A stretch of DNA of 64,000 nt, taken from NCBI GenBank assembly GCA_963810935.1, contig CAWEPK010000003.1, positions 96,001 to 160,000 on the forward strand, read 5' to 3'. The stretch is from an uncultured delta proteobacterium. GTDB lineage: Bacteria; Desulfobacterota; Syntrophorhabdia; Syntrophorhabdales; WCHB1-27. Both the position numbers and the translations under genes were made by a program. The notes under the pieces were generated by a model that saw only the letters and a program-made list of their open reading frames with translations, was not told where the DNA came from and ran no database searches. How positions within the stretch are numbered: position 1 is the stretch's first letter; each line of letters begins with the position of its first letter. Positions 19,413 to 30,071 of this stretch are shown here, piece by piece.

Positions 19413-21398
19413 ATGATGCCCATGCCCTTACAACAGGAAGACGAAAGTCTGATACAGCGGGCGCGCCATGTAGTGATCGGCAAGCCCCGCGACATCAGAG
19501 ATAGCTCCCTTTTCCACAAGCTGAGCCTCATCCCGCTGCTCGCGTGGATAGGCCTAGGCGCAGACGGCCTTTCTTCATCGTCTTACGGCCCGGAAGAGGC
19601 CTTCCGCACGCTCGGGTCTCACATCTACCTCGCGGTCTTCCTGGCGCTCGCCACTGCGGTTACCGTCTTCATCATCTCATATGCCTACTCGCGCATCATA
19701 GAGCATTTCCCCCACGGCGGCGGTGGATATATAGTTGCGACCCATACGATCGGCGAGAGGGCGGGCGTCATTTCCGGCTGCGCCCTTCTGGTAGACTACA
19801 TGCTGACCATCACCGTCTCCCTCGTCTCCTGCGCGGACGCCTTTTTCAGCTTTCTCCCGATGAGCCTGCATCATTACAAGATAGGCTTCGTCATCTTTCT
19901 CATCATCCTTCTCGTCGTGCTCAACGCGAGGGGCGTCAAGGAGTCGGTCCTTTTCCTCGCCCCCATATTCATGGTTTTCGTGCTCACCCACATCGTGCTG
20001 CTCGGTTACGGTATCCTTAGTCATACGGCGGACATCAAGCCTATTATGGGAGGGATGAGGGGGAGCCTGCACCATGACCTTGGCGCTGTCGGCCTGCTCG
20101 GCATCCTCGCTATTGTTTTGAGGGCCTATTCGATGGGCGCAGGAACGTACACGGGTATCGAAGCCGTCTCGAACGGCCTGCAGATCATGCGGGAGCCCAG
20201 GGTGCACACGGGCAAGCGCACTATGGCCTACATGGCCTCATCCCTTGCTATAACGGCAGGAGGTCTCTTTGTTTGTTATCTCCTGTGGGGAGTCAAGCCG
20301 GAAGAAGGCAGGACGCTCAACGCCATCCTCGCCGGCGCCATGTTCGGCAAGTGGCCCCTCGGTAATTTCCTTGCCCTTATCACCATCCTTTCGGAAGGCG
20401 CACTGCTCCTCGTAGCAGCGCAAACGGGTTTTATAGACGGCCCGAGGGTTATGGCGAATATGGCCATCGACTCCTGGCTGCCGAGACGCTTTTCGTCGCT
20501 CTCCGAACGATTCACCATGCAAAACGGGGTCATGCTCATGGGCATAGCGGCCCTGCTTCTCCTTATTTACACGCACGGCTCCATCTCGGCTCTGGTCGTC
20601 ATGTATTCCATCAACGTGTTCCTCACATTCTCCCTCTCGGAATTCGGCATGTCCCGCTTCTTTATCCGCAACAGGCGGAGGGAGAAAAAGTGGAAGCAGC
20701 ACCTTCCCGTCCATATGACGGGCTTCACGCTCTGCGTTACCATTCTCGGCGTCACCGTTTATGAGAAGTTCAGTGAGGGCGGCTGGGTGACGCTGCTTAT
20801 CACGACCGCAGTCATCGGGGTGTGCTACCTGGTCCGCTACCATTACACGAAGGTGCGAAAGAGCATCAGGCAGCTCGACGAGATACTCATGGGGATACCG
20901 GCCAACGAGGAGCCGAACATGGCGCCCCTCGACCCCGGTGCGCCGACGGCCGTCCTGCTCGCCCCTTCCTTCAACAGCTTCGGCCTCCATACCCTGCTGT
21001 CGGTAGTCCGCTGCTTCCCGCACCTCTACAAGAACTTCATTTTCGTGGGGGTTGCCGAAATCGATTCCGGCTCCTTCAAGGGAGCGGCCGAAGTGGAGGC
21101 CCTGAACGAAGCGACGAAGGAGTCCCTTGAGAAATACGTGAAGGTAACGCGGCGGCACGGCTTCCCGGCGGATTACAGGACGGAGACCTCGACGGACGTT
21201 CCGGGGACCGTCGTGGAGCTGTGCAGGTCAATTGTGCAGGATTATCCCCGTTCCACTGTTTTCACGGGCCAGCTCATGTTCCACAAAGAGACCTGGATCG
21301 ACAAGGTGCTCCACAACCAGACAGCGTTTGCGATCCAGCGGCGCCTTCAGTGGGAAGGCATACCAACGGTGATTATGCCGATCAAGGTTAAGATTTAG
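19413..21398 (+). CDS. APC-family permease (KimA/YdaO-like K+ or amino-acid transporter)
   Basis: About 12 TM helices; DGLSSSSYGPEE, GGGGY, TGIEAVSNG; cytoplasmic C-terminal domain. Confidence 0.85.
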   Translation: MMPMPLQQEDESLIQRARHVVIGKPRDIRDSSLFHKLSLIPLLAWIGLGADGLSSSSYGPEEAFRTLGSHIYLAVFLALATAVTVFIISYAYSRIIEHFPHGGGGYIVATHTIGERAGVISGCALLVDYMLTITVSLVSCADAFFSFLPMSLHHYKIGFVIFLIILLVVLNARGVKESVLFLAPIFMVFVLTHIVLLGYGILSHTADIKPIMGGMRGSLHHDLGAVGLLGILAIVLRAYSMGAGTYTGIEAVSNGLQIMREPRVHTGKRTMAYMASSLAITAGGLFVCYLLWGVKPEEGRTLNAILAGAMFGKWPLGNFLALITILSEGALLLVAAQTGFIDGPRVMANMAIDSWLPRRFSSLSERFTMQNGVMLMGIAALLLLIYTHGSISALVVMYSINVFLTFSLSEFGMSRFFIRNRRREKKWKQHLPVHMTGFTLCVTILGVTVYEKFSEGGWVTLLITTAVIGVCYLVRYHYTKVRKSIRQLDEILMGIPANEEPNMAPLDPGAPTAVLLAPSFNSFGLHTLLSVVRCFPHLYKNFIFVGVAEIDSGSFKGAAEVEALNEATKESLEKYVKVTRRHGFPADYRTETSTDVPGTVVELCRSIVQDYPRSTVFTGQLMFHKETWIDKVLHNQTAFAIQRRLQWEGIPTVIMPIKVKI

Positions 21399-21434
21399 CG
21401 CGCTGCGCTCAAGTCTTGCGGTCCTCGCGATAAT

Positions 21435-21597
21435 AAAGGCAAAGCGCATGTGTTGTACGGCCGGACTCGCGCCTGTGCTTCAGGACTTTTGTACCGTGGG
21501 GCATCCTGCAAACCTACTTTCAACTGACAAGCACGGTCAGCAAGGTTCCCGTTTCATCGATAATAGCGGGACACCTGCGGCAAGAACGGGCGGTACG
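21435..21597 (+). repeat. Modular intergenic repeat, family 1 copy B (short form)
   Basis: ggccggactcgcgcct, gcaaacctactttcaactga, ggtcagcaagg and gcggcaaga.cgggc.gtacg blocks shared with A/C. Confidence 0.75.
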
Positions 21598-21605
21598 TCT
21601 ACAGT

Positions 21606-21649
21606 TTGACTGTTGCGACAATTGGCGCTATAATATAGTCAAATGTCGC
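21606..21649 (+). promoter_or_regulatory. Sigma70 promoter with overlapping inverted-repeat operator of TA operon
   Basis: TTGACT-17-TATAAT (21606-21634); IR gcgacaattg (21615-24) / caaatgtcgc (21640-49). Confidence 0.7.
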
Positions 21650-21680
21650 CCACACCTTCAAGGAGACCATTATAGCCCAG

Positions 21681-22091
21681 ATGAATGTCGAAAACATTCT
21701 CGGTCTGAAAGTCAAGATCGAGAACCCTCTCGATTTAATCCACCTCGGGGCCAGGGGAGTATCAAAAAAACAGATCGGCAGGCTCTCCGAGGCGATGTGC
21801 CTGTCCATGGCAACCATCGCGAATTTGCTGGTAGTAAGCCTCAGAACGATACAACGGCAACCCAAAGGGAAAGTTTTCGATAAGAATGTGTCCGAACGCG
21901 CTATTAAGCTGGCTCAGCTTACGGCCCACGGCGTCAGCGTTTTTGGAGCCAGGGAAGAATTCTGCGTCTGGCTTCAGACGCCGGTCGTTGCCCTCGGAAA
22001 CAAAACTCCCATGAGCATACTCGACTCCACAATGGGCGTCGAGCTCGTCGACGATATCATCGGCAGGATAGAACACGGCGTCTTCTCGTGA
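21681..22091 (+). CDS. Xre/MbcA/ParS-family antitoxin
   Basis: HTH segment, SER..., VFG...WL.TP..ALG..TP, RIEHGVFS end; overlaps RES gene. Confidence 0.9.
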   Translation: MNVENILGLKVKIENPLDLIHLGARGVSKKQIGRLSEAMCLSMATIANLLVVSLRTIQRQPKGKVFDKNVSERAIKLAQLTAHGVSVFGAREEFCVWLQTPVVALGNKTPMSILDSTMGVELVDDIIGRIEHGVFS

Positions 22092-22546
22092 TCGTCTATC
22101 GAATCAGCTCACGCTTACACGCTCGAGACCTCTCCGGGGCGGGCGCCGGGCTTCACGGCGGCCGATGGAACCCTAAAGGGGTCAATGTAATATACGCGGC
22201 AGAGAGCAGGGCCCTCGCCGCCCTTGAGCTATATGCAAACCGTGCAAGGGCGACGGCGCTCTCAAACCTCAACCTTGTGTCTCGCGTTGTCCCCGATGGC
22301 GTCCCCGTAAAGAAGCTTCTCCCTGCCGACCTTCCTGCGGGGTGGAATGTCTATCCAGCGCCCGATGTCCTTGCCGACATAGGCGGGAGGTGGGCGATGT
22401 CGATGGAGACGCTCCTGTTGTGTGTTCCGTCAGCGCTCATGGAAAAAGAGTTCAACTACATCATCAACCCCGCCCATGCCGACATGACGAAGTTAACGAT
22501 TGGAGACATCGAAGAGTACAGCTTCGACCAACGGCTCCTCGAATAG
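22088..22546 (+). CDS. RES-domain toxin (NAD+ phosphorylase-type)
   Basis: YRI, GGRWN, ALELY, VPSA, NYIINP.H, FDQRL. Confidence 0.92.
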   Translation: MIVYRISSRLHARDLSGAGAGLHGGRWNPKGVNVIYAAESRALAALELYANRARATALSNLNLVSRVVPDGVPVKKLLPADLPAGWNVYPAPDVLADIGGRWAMSMETLLLCVPSALMEKEFNYIINPAHADMTKLTIGDIEEYSFDQRLLE

Positions 22547-22595
22547 GGCACGTGGCTGACTAACCTCTCCTGTGACAACAGGCCGCGATACGAGG

Positions 22596-23276
22596 TTAGT
22601 CCAGCCTGAACAGCTCGCCGTCTACCATGTTTAACCGCCGGTCGCCTGCTGCGCCTATCTCCGGGTCGTGGGTGACGAGGACTAGCGCCGAGCCGAGCTT
22701 CTTCCTTATTTCAAGGATATAACCCAGCACCTCTCTCCCCGTCTTCCTGTCGAGGTTGCCTGTCGGCTCGTCTGCAAGTATCAGCTCCGGCCGGTTGATG
22801 AGGGCCCTGGCGATTGCCACCCTCTGCTGCTCGCCGCCCGAGAGCTCGCCGGGCTTGTGGCCCCTGCGATGGGAAAGCCCCATTATCTCCAAGAATTCCT
22901 CTGCGGCAGCCTGGGCGTCGGCGGGCTTGGTGCGCTTTATCCACAAGGGAACCATGATGTTCTCGATGACGGAGAAGTCCTGCAAAAGGTGGTAGAACTG
23001 GAAGACGAAGCCGACCTTTTCGTTCCTGAAGCGGCATTGCTCGTCGCCGGTGAACAGGCCGATGTCCTTTCCCCTGTAAGCGATCTCGCCTCCCGTCGGA
23101 TGGTCGAGGGAGCCGACGAGGTGGAGGAAGGTGCTTTTCCCCGCGCCTGACGGACCCATGATCGTCACGAACTCGCCCTCCGCAACGTCGAAATCTATGC
23201 TGCGCAGTACGGTGACCTCGGCGCCGTCCTTATGGTAGCTCTTCTTCAGTCCCCTGGTCGCCAGCAGGCTACTCAT
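22596..23276 (-). CDS. lolD: Lipoprotein-releasing ABC ATPase LolD
   Basis: [36 protein letters not shown]; follows lolE. Confidence 0.9.
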   Translation of the reverse strand: MSSLLATRGLKKSYHKDGAEVTVLRSIDFDVAEGEFVTIMGPSGAGKSTFLHLVGSLDHPTGGEIAYRGKDIGLFTGDEQCRFRNEKVGFVFQFYHLLQDFSVIENIMVPLWIKRTKPADAQAAAEEFLEIMGLSHRRGHKPGELSGGEQQRVAIARALINRPELILADEPTGNLDRKTGREVLGYILEIRKKLGSALVLVTHDPEIGAAGDRRLNMVDGELFRLD

Positions 23277-24465
23277 ATCGAAGGGTCTCCACGGGGTCTA
23301 TAGTGGACGCCTTATAAGAAGGATAGAGCGTCGAGAGCAGGCACAGAAGTATGGTGACCGCCGCAATCAAAAAGACGTCCAGGTTGTCGATCTTCATGGG
23401 GAGCGTGCTGATGTAATAGACGTCGCTCGGCAGCTTGATGATTTGGAAATGGGTCTGGATCTCGAGGAGCGTATAGCCCACGATCGTGCCGAGGAGCGCG
23501 CCGACTACGCCTATCGCCAGCCCTTCGGCGACAAAGACGCGCATGATGCTCCTGTTCGTCGCGCCCATCGCCTTGAGTATGGCGATGTCCTTCTTTTTCT
23601 CCATCACGGTCATGACGAGGGCGCTGATAATGTTGAAGCTCGCGACGAGGATTATGAGGGCGAGGATGATGAACATGACGAGCTTCTCCAGCCTGAGCGC
23701 GGAAAGGAGGTTCCTGTTCTGTTCCATCCACGTCCTTCCGTAGAAGCCGGGACCGAGCTTCCTGACGATGCGGTCGCGCACCTCGCCCGCCGCATAGACG
23801 TCCTTCACCTTCACCTCGATGCCGGTGACGCTCGCCCCTAACGCAGACTGCACTTCCGCAAGCGGCATGATCGCAACCAGACTGTCGATATCGAACATGC
23901 CCGTCTCGAAGGCCCCGCCCATGCGGACGCGCAGGGTCTCCGTCGTTGCGCCTGCCGGGGAAAAGCCGCCGAAGGGGACGATGAGCGTGAACAGGTCGCC
24001 GGGCATGAGCCCAAGCTCCCTGGCAAGCTCTTTGCCGAGAAGGATCGTGTCTTTCCGGTTGAGGGCGTCGATGCTGCCCGTCTTCATCAGGCGGCCGAGA
24101 TAAGCCGCGTCCTTGGGCTCGATGCCCCTTACGAGCACCCCTGCCACGCGGCCCGGCCCCTGGGCCATGGCCTGGAACTCGATGAACGGGGCGGCGCTCG
24201 TAACGCCGTCTATGTGCTTCAGGCGCTCGACTACGGCCTGGGGGTCTCTCATCCCCCAGTCGGGGACGATGACGATATGGGGACGGATGCCTAACAGCCT
24301 GTCCCTGATCTCGTCCTGGAAACCCGTCATGACGGCGATGACGAGGATGATGGCCATTACGCCTATGGCAATGCCCGCTACCGCGATCCAGGTAGTAAAG
24401 GAGATGAACTTGTCCTTCCTCTTAGACCGAAGGTAGCGCAGGGCTATGGACGTCTCGTAGCGCAT
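23269..24465 (-). CDS. lolE: Lipoprotein-releasing ABC permease LolC/E
   Basis: ALRYL...FIS, VMTGF, EK..DIAILKAMGA, YYISTLP, P.ETLRYE. Confidence 0.9.
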   Translation of the reverse strand: MRYETSIALRYLRSKRKDKFISFTTWIAVAGIAIGVMAIILVIAVMTGFQDEIRDRLLGIRPHIVIVPDWGMRDPQAVVERLKHIDGVTSAAPFIEFQAMAQGPGRVAGVLVRGIEPKDAAYLGRLMKTGSIDALNRKDTILLGKELARELGLMPGDLFTLIVPFGGFSPAGATTETLRVRMGGAFETGMFDIDSLVAIMPLAEVQSALGASVTGIEVKVKDVYAAGEVRDRIVRKLGPGFYGRTWMEQNRNLLSALRLEKLVMFIILALIILVASFNIISALVMTVMEKKKDIAILKAMGATNRSIMRVFVAEGLAIGVVGALLGTIVGYTLLEIQTHFQIIKLPSDVYYISTLPMKIDNLDVFLIAAVTILLCLLSTLYPSYKASTIDPVETLRYE

Positions 24466-24480
24466 GGTCTCCTTTTTGAG

Positions 24481-25968
24481 CTATTCCCCATCATCTTTTA
24501 ATGGCGACGGCCGCAGGAGCGGGAAGAGAATGACTTCCCTGATCGACTGGCTGTCCGTCAGAAGCATCGTAAGGCGGTCTATGCCGATGCCCTCGCCCGC
24601 AGTCGGAGGCAGCCCGTATTCGAGGGCCATGATGTAGTCCTCGTCCATGGCCGCGCCCTCTTCCTTCTGCTTTATCTGCTCTAAGAACCTTGCCTTCTGG
24701 TCTTCCGGGTCGTTAAGCTCGTTGAAGCCGTTCGCTATCTCCATGCCGCTGACGTAAAGCTCGAAGCGCTCGGTGACCTCCGGCCTTTCCTTGGACCGCT
24801 TGGCGAGCGGCGACACCTCGACGGGGTAGCCCGTTATGAAAGTGGGCTGCACGAGCTTCTCCTCGCAGAGCTTCTCAAAGACCTCGGTTACGATCTTGCC
24901 CTTCGGCATATCCGCTGCGCCCTCTATGCCCAATTCCTGCCCCAGGGTCCGCAATTTCTCTGCGTCGGCGACTGAGGACGGATCGATGCCTCCGTAATCG
25001 ACAAGGGCCTGCTCCATCGTGACGCGCTTCCAGGGCCTGCCGAAATCGATGTTCTGCCCGTTGTAGACGACGCTCGTGCCGCCCGTAAGCGTCGAGACGA
25101 GGGATGAGACCATCTCTTCGGTCAGGTCCATCAGGTCCTCATATGTTGCATAGGCCTGGTAAAATTCGAGCATCGTGAATTCCGGGTTGTGCCTTACGGA
25201 GATACCCTCGTTCCTGAAGTTCCGGTTGATCTCGAAGACCCGCTCCAACCCTCCCACGATGAGCCTCTTTAAGTAAAGCTCGGGGGCAACCCTCAGGTAA
25301 AGGTCGAGACCGAGGGCGTTGTGGTGGGTTTTGAAGGGCTTCGCCGTCGCGCCGCCGGGCGTTACCTGCATCATCGGCGTCTCGACCTCGACGAAGGAGC
25401 GGCCTGTCAGGAAGGCCCGTATCAATTCAATGATCCGCGCCCGCCGCAGGAAGATCTCCCGCACGTTCTGATTGACGATAAGGTCTACGTAGCGCCTGCG
25501 GTACCGCTCCTCGACGTCGCGCAGGCCGTGCCATTTCTCGGGCAGGGGGCGCAGCGATTTCGTAAGCAGGCTCATGGTTTCAGCTACAATGGTCAGCTCG
25601 CCGGTTTTCGTCCTGAAAACCTTTCCCTCTACGGCCACTATGTCGCCCACATCGAATTTCTTGAAAAGCTCGTAGTCGGGGGACTTGAGCATATCTTTCC
25701 GGACGTACGCCTGGAGGCGCCCTTCCCGGTCCTGTATGTGAATGAAGCAGCTTTTGCCGAAGTCCCTGAAGGCGATCATGCGCCCCGCGTACGAGACGTG
25801 CGCGTTCTTCTCTTCGATCTGCTCCGCCGAAAGGCCCTCGAATTCCTTATGGAGGGAACCACTGCGGGCATACTCGCCCCTTATCTGCGGGTACGGGTCT
25901 ATCCCCGCCTGCCTGAGGTGTTCTTGCTTTTCTTTGCGGACGTTCAACAGCTCATTAATCGGCTCCAT
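24481..25968 (-). CDS. lysS: Lysine--tRNA ligase (class II)
   Basis: [41 protein letters not shown]. Confidence 0.98.
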   Translation of the reverse strand: MEPINELLNVRKEKQEHLRQAGIDPYPQIRGEYARSGSLHKEFEGLSAEQIEEKNAHVSYAGRMIAFRDFGKSCFIHIQDREGRLQAYVRKDMLKSPDYELFKKFDVGDIVAVEGKVFRTKTGELTIVAETMSLLTKSLRPLPEKWHGLRDVEERYRRRYVDLIVNQNVREIFLRRARIIELIRAFLTGRSFVEVETPMMQVTPGGATAKPFKTHHNALGLDLYLRVAPELYLKRLIVGGLERVFEINRNFRNEGISVRHNPEFTMLEFYQAYATYEDLMDLTEEMVSSLVSTLTGGTSVVYNGQNIDFGRPWKRVTMEQALVDYGGIDPSSVADAEKLRTLGQELGIEGAADMPKGKIVTEVFEKLCEEKLVQPTFITGYPVEVSPLAKRSKERPEVTERFELYVSGMEIANGFNELNDPEDQKARFLEQIKQKEEGAAMDEDYIMALEYGLPPTAGEGIGIDRLTMLLTDSQSIREVILFPLLRPSPLKDDGE

Positions 25969-27238
25969 CGGCCCCTCCGAACCTAACGACAACGTCGTAA
26001 TCGGTCGTCGCGGTTACGACGCCCTTTTTGATTTCGCCTACAGTGCATGCGCCCTTTATGAATGCGATGCCGTCGATATCGGGCGCCTGCAGGATGAGCC
26101 GCCCGGTCATGGAGTCCGCCTCACGTGCCTCGACCACGACGTCCAGCGTCCGTCCTTTAAGTCTGCCCAGCCGCTTTTTCGATATCTCCTTCTGCATCTC
26201 CATGAGCGTCGCGTACCGGTCCTTCTTTACCCCTTTTCGCACGTGCCCTTTCAGGCGCGCGGCCGGCGTGCCTTCCTCGCGGGAATAGGTGAACGCCCCC
26301 AGGTTGTCGAATTCCCACTCCGAGGCGAATGCGCACAATGCCCGGAAGTCGTCGGGCCCTTCTCCCGGATATCCTACCATAACCGTCGTGCGAAGCACAG
26401 AATCGGGCATGAGGCGCCTGATCTTTCCGAATATCAGCGCGAGGTCTTTCTTCGTATAGCCCCTGTTCATTGAGGCGAGGATCGCGTCCTCCGAGTGCTG
26501 TATCGGAACGTCCAGATACGGGACGATCCTTTCGTCGCCCGCGATGATGTCGAGGAGCGCGTCGTCGATGCCTTTCGGGTGGAGGTAGAGCAGCCTAAGG
26601 AAATAATTGCCTTTCACGCCGAGAAGACGCCTGAGGAGCGCCTTAGTGTCCGTGCCCGTGTCTTTGCCGTAGGCGGTCGTGTCCTGGCCGATAACGTTGA
26701 ACTCCCTGTAGCCCGATTCCAGGAGGCGCTCGAACTCGGCCTCTATCTCGTCTGCCGGCCTGCTTTTGAGCGGCCCCCTGATCGATGGTATCGTGCAGTA
26801 GCTGCACCGGTTGTTGCAGCCGTCCTGTATCCTCAGGTATGTTGTCGGCGCGGGCGTGAGCACCTTCCTCACCGAAGGGTCACATGCGCTGCTGCCGACG
26901 CCGAAGAAGCCCTTCCCCGAAACGATGCGTTCCGCGTCACCACAAGCGTCCCTGCCGAGGAAAAGATCGACTTCGGGGAGCAGCTCTTTAAGCTTCTCAC
27001 CGTAGCGGTCTACAAGGCAGCCCGTCACCACGATTCTTTTCCCGTCTGTCCTTTTTGCCTCGGCCAGTATCGTCTCGATTGATTCGCTGCATGCCTCCGC
27101 GATGAAGGCGCACGTGTTGACGACTACAAATGGGGCGTCTTCGGAAAGCTCGTGGCCCGCGGATTCGAGCTTGCCTGCGATGTATTCGGAATCGACGAGG
27201 TTCTTGGGGCAGCCCAGGCTTACGATTCTATATTTCAT
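25955..27238 (-). CDS. rimO: Ribosomal protein S12 methylthiotransferase RimO
   Basis: [32 protein letters not shown]. Confidence 0.95.
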   Translation of the reverse strand: MKYRIVSLGCPKNLVDSEYIAGKLESAGHELSEDAPFVVVNTCAFIAEACSESIETILAEAKRTDGKRIVVTGCLVDRYGEKLKELLPEVDLFLGRDACGDAERIVSGKGFFGVGSSACDPSVRKVLTPAPTTYLRIQDGCNNRCSYCTIPSIRGPLKSRPADEIEAEFERLLESGYREFNVIGQDTTAYGKDTGTDTKALLRRLLGVKGNYFLRLLYLHPKGIDDALLDIIAGDERIVPYLDVPIQHSEDAILASMNRGYTKKDLALIFGKIRRLMPDSVLRTTVMVGYPGEGPDDFRALCAFASEWEFDNLGAFTYSREEGTPAARLKGHVRKGVKKDRYATLMEMQKEISKKRLGRLKGRTLDVVVEAREADSMTGRLILQAPDIDGIAFIKGACTVGEIKKGVVTATTDYDVVVRFGGADGAD

Positions 27239-28007
27239 GGAGCAGGCACCCACTAGTGCATTCCGGTTTTCTCGACCCCGAGCAGTGCGAGCCGATCCCG
27301 ACTACGTGGCAGAGGAAGAAATCGTACCTGAGCGGGTCTTCGGGGCAGAATTTTTTCAGCTCTTCGGTGATGCGGCAGGCCGTCTTCCAGGACTGCGCGT
27401 TCCGGTCCGTCCATCCGAGGCAGCGGCCGATCTTGAAAATGTTCGCATCGAGGGGGATGGTGAGGTCGGCAGGGCGCATGAAATGCCAGAGCCCGAAATC
27501 GATATCGTCTTTTCGCACCATCCAGCGGGCGTAAAGGCTCCACCGCTTGAAGGGGCTCGTCGGCGCATTGCGGGGGAAAAAGAAGAGCAGGTCGTGGGGG
27601 GACTCGATTATGTCATCGTGGGCCCTCCAGACTGCATGCCTCAAGTCGCCCTCATAGAAGTGCTCGACCATCGCCCCGATGCCGCCCCACCGCTCCACGA
27701 CTTTTCTCAGCACTGTGAAAAGCCGTACGATCTCAGCGCCGCTCTGGTAACGGTAGCGCGCGTCACTGAGGCTCGAAAGGTTGCCCGACGCGATGAACGC
27801 GTAAGGGCTCGGGGCCATGCGCGGAAGGAACTCGCCGAGGAAACGCGTTATCTGCTGCACCCGGCCGTATGCGAACTGGGAGGCTATGAAGCCCACCATC
27901 TCGATGTCGCGCGGGTCTTCGTACTTATGCACGAAGGAAACAGGGTCGTTTGCTACGAGCGGCCTGATCCTATCTTTTTCTCTTTGATATATGCGCTCCA
28001 GATCGAT
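27228..28007 (-). CDS. TIGR02757-family protein (start uncertain)
   Basis: DPVSFVH...DIE..GF.AS.FAYG, KRW.LY.RWMVRKD.ID.GLW, PLD, DPLRYDF; frame open upstream to 28007. Confidence 0.85.
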   Translation of the reverse strand: MDLERIYQREKDRIRPLVANDPVSFVHKYEDPRDIEMVGFIASQFAYGRVQQITRFLGEFLPRMAPSPYAFIASGNLSSLSDARYRYQSGAEIVRLFTVLRKVVERWGGIGAMVEHFYEGDLRHAVWRAHDDIIESPHDLLFFFPRNAPTSPFKRWSLYARWMVRKDDIDFGLWHFMRPADLTIPLDANIFKIGRCLGWTDRNAQSWKTACRITEELKKFCPEDPLRYDFFLCHVVGIGSHCSGSRKPECTSGCLLHEI

Positions 28008-28050
28008 AACGGTTCCTTTCTCGCTCTTTTAGTATTGTTTTTCGAAAAAG

Positions 28051-28596
28051 CTATTTGGAGGCGTTTTCAGCCCTGTCTTTCCATTCCCGCAGACGCCTGT
28101 CGAGAGAGCGGCCCGTCTCCCGCACGGCCTCCTTCCACTCGTCCCACTCTTCGATGTTGGGCTCTACGCTGCCTCCCTTTATGCCCATGTCGGAAAGGCG
28201 GCCGATAACGGCCTTCCTGACGTTGGCCGCGCTTGCGGCAAGCTCCGCGCGGAATACGTCGCCGAGCGCCCTCGCGTCCCGGCCGAGCGTGCCGCCCGCC
28301 TGGTCGCCCACGATCTGCATCAGCTCGAAGAGCCTCTCTTTGTCTGCGGACGAACCGAACTCCTCTATGAGCAAGTCGAGGAGAACGCCTATTTTGTCAC
28401 GCCGCCCTCCTTGCACGCGCCCATATTCAGCAAGGAATTCCTCGGGCCCGATGATCCCCTCCAGGAACCTGCGGCCGACCGCCTTGAGCCTTTCGGTAAC
28501 GCCCCTGCGGGCGAACTCACGCTTTTCTTCCTCGCCCATTACTAGGTTTTTGGTCCGTTCCATGGCGAGCTCTATAGCGCTTTTTATTTCAGCCAT
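28051..28596 (-). CDS. Conserved hypothetical helical protein
   Basis: MAEIKSAIELAMERTK N-terminus and G.KGGSVEPN motif; in operon. Confidence 0.7.
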   Translation of the reverse strand: MAEIKSAIELAMERTKNLVMGEEEKREFARRGVTERLKAVGRRFLEGIIGPEEFLAEYGRVQGGRRDKIGVLLDLLIEEFGSSADKERLFELMQIVGDQAGGTLGRDARALGDVFRAELAASAANVRKAVIGRLSDMGIKGGSVEPNIEEWDEWKEAVRETGRSLDRRLREWKDRAENASK

Positions 28597-28605
28597 ATAA
28601 AAACC

Positions 28606-29004
28606 TTATTCCGATTCGATGTCCGGCCGAAAGGCGTCGTTCGTTGCGTAGACCTGAGGACTATATTCTACAACAGATGCTTCTTCTACGCTATAGAAGA
28701 CATGCCAGCAGCGGGGGCTCACGCGCAGCTTGTCGCCCTTGGCGAGCACTGCTTCCAACCGCTCGCCCGTATCCATATCGATAAAGACCGCCCTTATTCT
28801 GCCGGCCACAACGTAGAACGTCTCGTCTTTTTTCTCGTGATAATGCCTGCCCCTCCAGAAACCTTGCCTGATCGTGAAAAAGGCTATGTGGCGGGCCTCC
28901 TCCGCGTAGCAGATCTGGGCGAACTCGCCCTTCTCCTCTGCCCATCGCTTGGCGCGCTCGCCCTCGTTCGTCTCCGGGAGCTTTTCCAGAAAGACCTTGT
29001 CCAT
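28606..29004 (-). CDS. Cupin-domain protein
   Basis: RGRHYHEKKDETFYV...PRCWH cupin motifs. Confidence 0.8.
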   Translation of the reverse strand: MDKVFLEKLPETNEGERAKRWAEEKGEFAQICYAEEARHIAFFTIRQGFWRGRHYHEKKDETFYVVAGRIRAVFIDMDTGERLEAVLAKGDKLRVSPRCWHVFYSVEEASVVEYSPQVYATNDAFRPDIESE

Positions 29005-29006
29005 CG

Positions 29007-29495
29007 CTACCTTGCGCAGTCGGTGGGATCGCCCTTCACTTTTTCGAGGGCGTGGGGTATGGCCGCCTCTATAAAAGAGAGGCATTCGGATGCCGCTTTC
29101 GGGCTGCCCGGCAGGTTGATAATGATCGACTGCCCCCTGACGCCGCAGACAGCGCGCGATATCAGGGCGAAGGGCGTGATCGCGAAGCTCTTCATGCGCA
29201 TCGCCTCCGCGAACCCCGGCAGCTCCTTATCGATGACCAAGCGCGTCGCCTCAGGGGTAACGTCCCTCGGGCCTACGCCCGTGCCGCCTGTCGTTACGAC
29301 GAGGTCGAAGCCGTGCCTGTCGATCTGGTCCTTTATGGTCTGTGAGATCACGGGGGCCTCGTCTGGCACTATTATAACGTCAGCCACGTCGTACGTCTTT
29401 GCAAGCATCTGCTTAAGGCCTGGGCCGCTCGTATCAACCCTCTGGCCAACCGAGCCCTTGTCGCTGATCGTTATGACAACCGCCCTGTACTTCAT
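29007..29495 (-). CDS. mog: Molybdopterin adenylyltransferase MogA/MoaB
   Basis: ITISD, DTSG, TTGGTG.GPRDVTPEA, NLPGSPK. Confidence 0.92.
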   Translation of the reverse strand: MKYRAVVITISDKGSVGQRVDTSGPGLKQMLAKTYDVADVIIVPDEAPVISQTIKDQIDRHGFDLVVTTGGTGVGPRDVTPEATRLVIDKELPGFAEAMRMKSFAITPFALISRAVCGVRGQSIIINLPGSPKAASECLSFIEAAIPHALEKVKGDPTDCAR

Positions 29496-29929
29496 TGAAG
29501 GACCTCTATCTCGTCCCCGACGCGGATTTCGCCGCCTTCGAGGACCTCCGTGAATATCCCTTCCGTCGGCATGACGCAGTCGCCCACCTGTTGGAAAATG
29601 GCGCACCGCGCATGGCACTCCTTGCCTATCTGCGTCACCCGCATGAGCACCCTGCCACCCACGAGGAGCTTCGTCCCGATGGGCAGGACGGGGAGGTCAA
29701 TGCCTTCTGTCGTAAGGTTCTCCGCGAAATCGCCCGGCTTCACGTCGAGCCCCATCTTTTTTATCTTATCTATGCTTTCGGCTGCGAGGAGGCTGACCTG
29801 CCTGTGCCAGGGGCCCGCATGGGCGTCCTCTTCGAGGCCGTGCCCTTCGCGCAGCGTGCATTGTCCGATATTGTGCTTCTTTTCGCCTTTCTCGTCGCTG
29901 ACGTTTACCGAGATTACTTTTGCTTTCAT
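29492..29929 (-). CDS. MOSC-domain protein
   Basis: DAHAG.WHRQVSLL, GDFAENL, QIGKECH..C.I....GDCVMP.EG. Confidence 0.9.
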   Translation of the reverse strand: MKAKVISVNVSDEKGEKKHNIGQCTLREGHGLEEDAHAGPWHRQVSLLAAESIDKIKKMGLDVKPGDFAENLTTEGIDLPVLPIGTKLLVGGRVLMRVTQIGKECHARCAIFQQVGDCVMPTEGIFTEVLEGGEIRVGDEIEVLQ

Positions 29930-29970
29930 CTCACCCTTTGATATGAACACCCTGCTGTTTGCGGCGCATC

Positions 29971-30039
29971 CGTCATACCGGCGAAAGCCGGTATCCAGAG
30001 AAGTGCCGAACTGGATGCCGGATCAAGTCCGGCATGACG
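29971..30039. repeat. REP-like palindromic element
   Basis: cgtcataccggcgaaagccggtatccag...ctggatgccggatcaagtccggcatgacg: two hairpins inside an outer IR. Confidence 0.8.
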
Positions 30040-30071
30040 AAGGGCAGTAATACCCTGCTCCTGCAGCAAGG

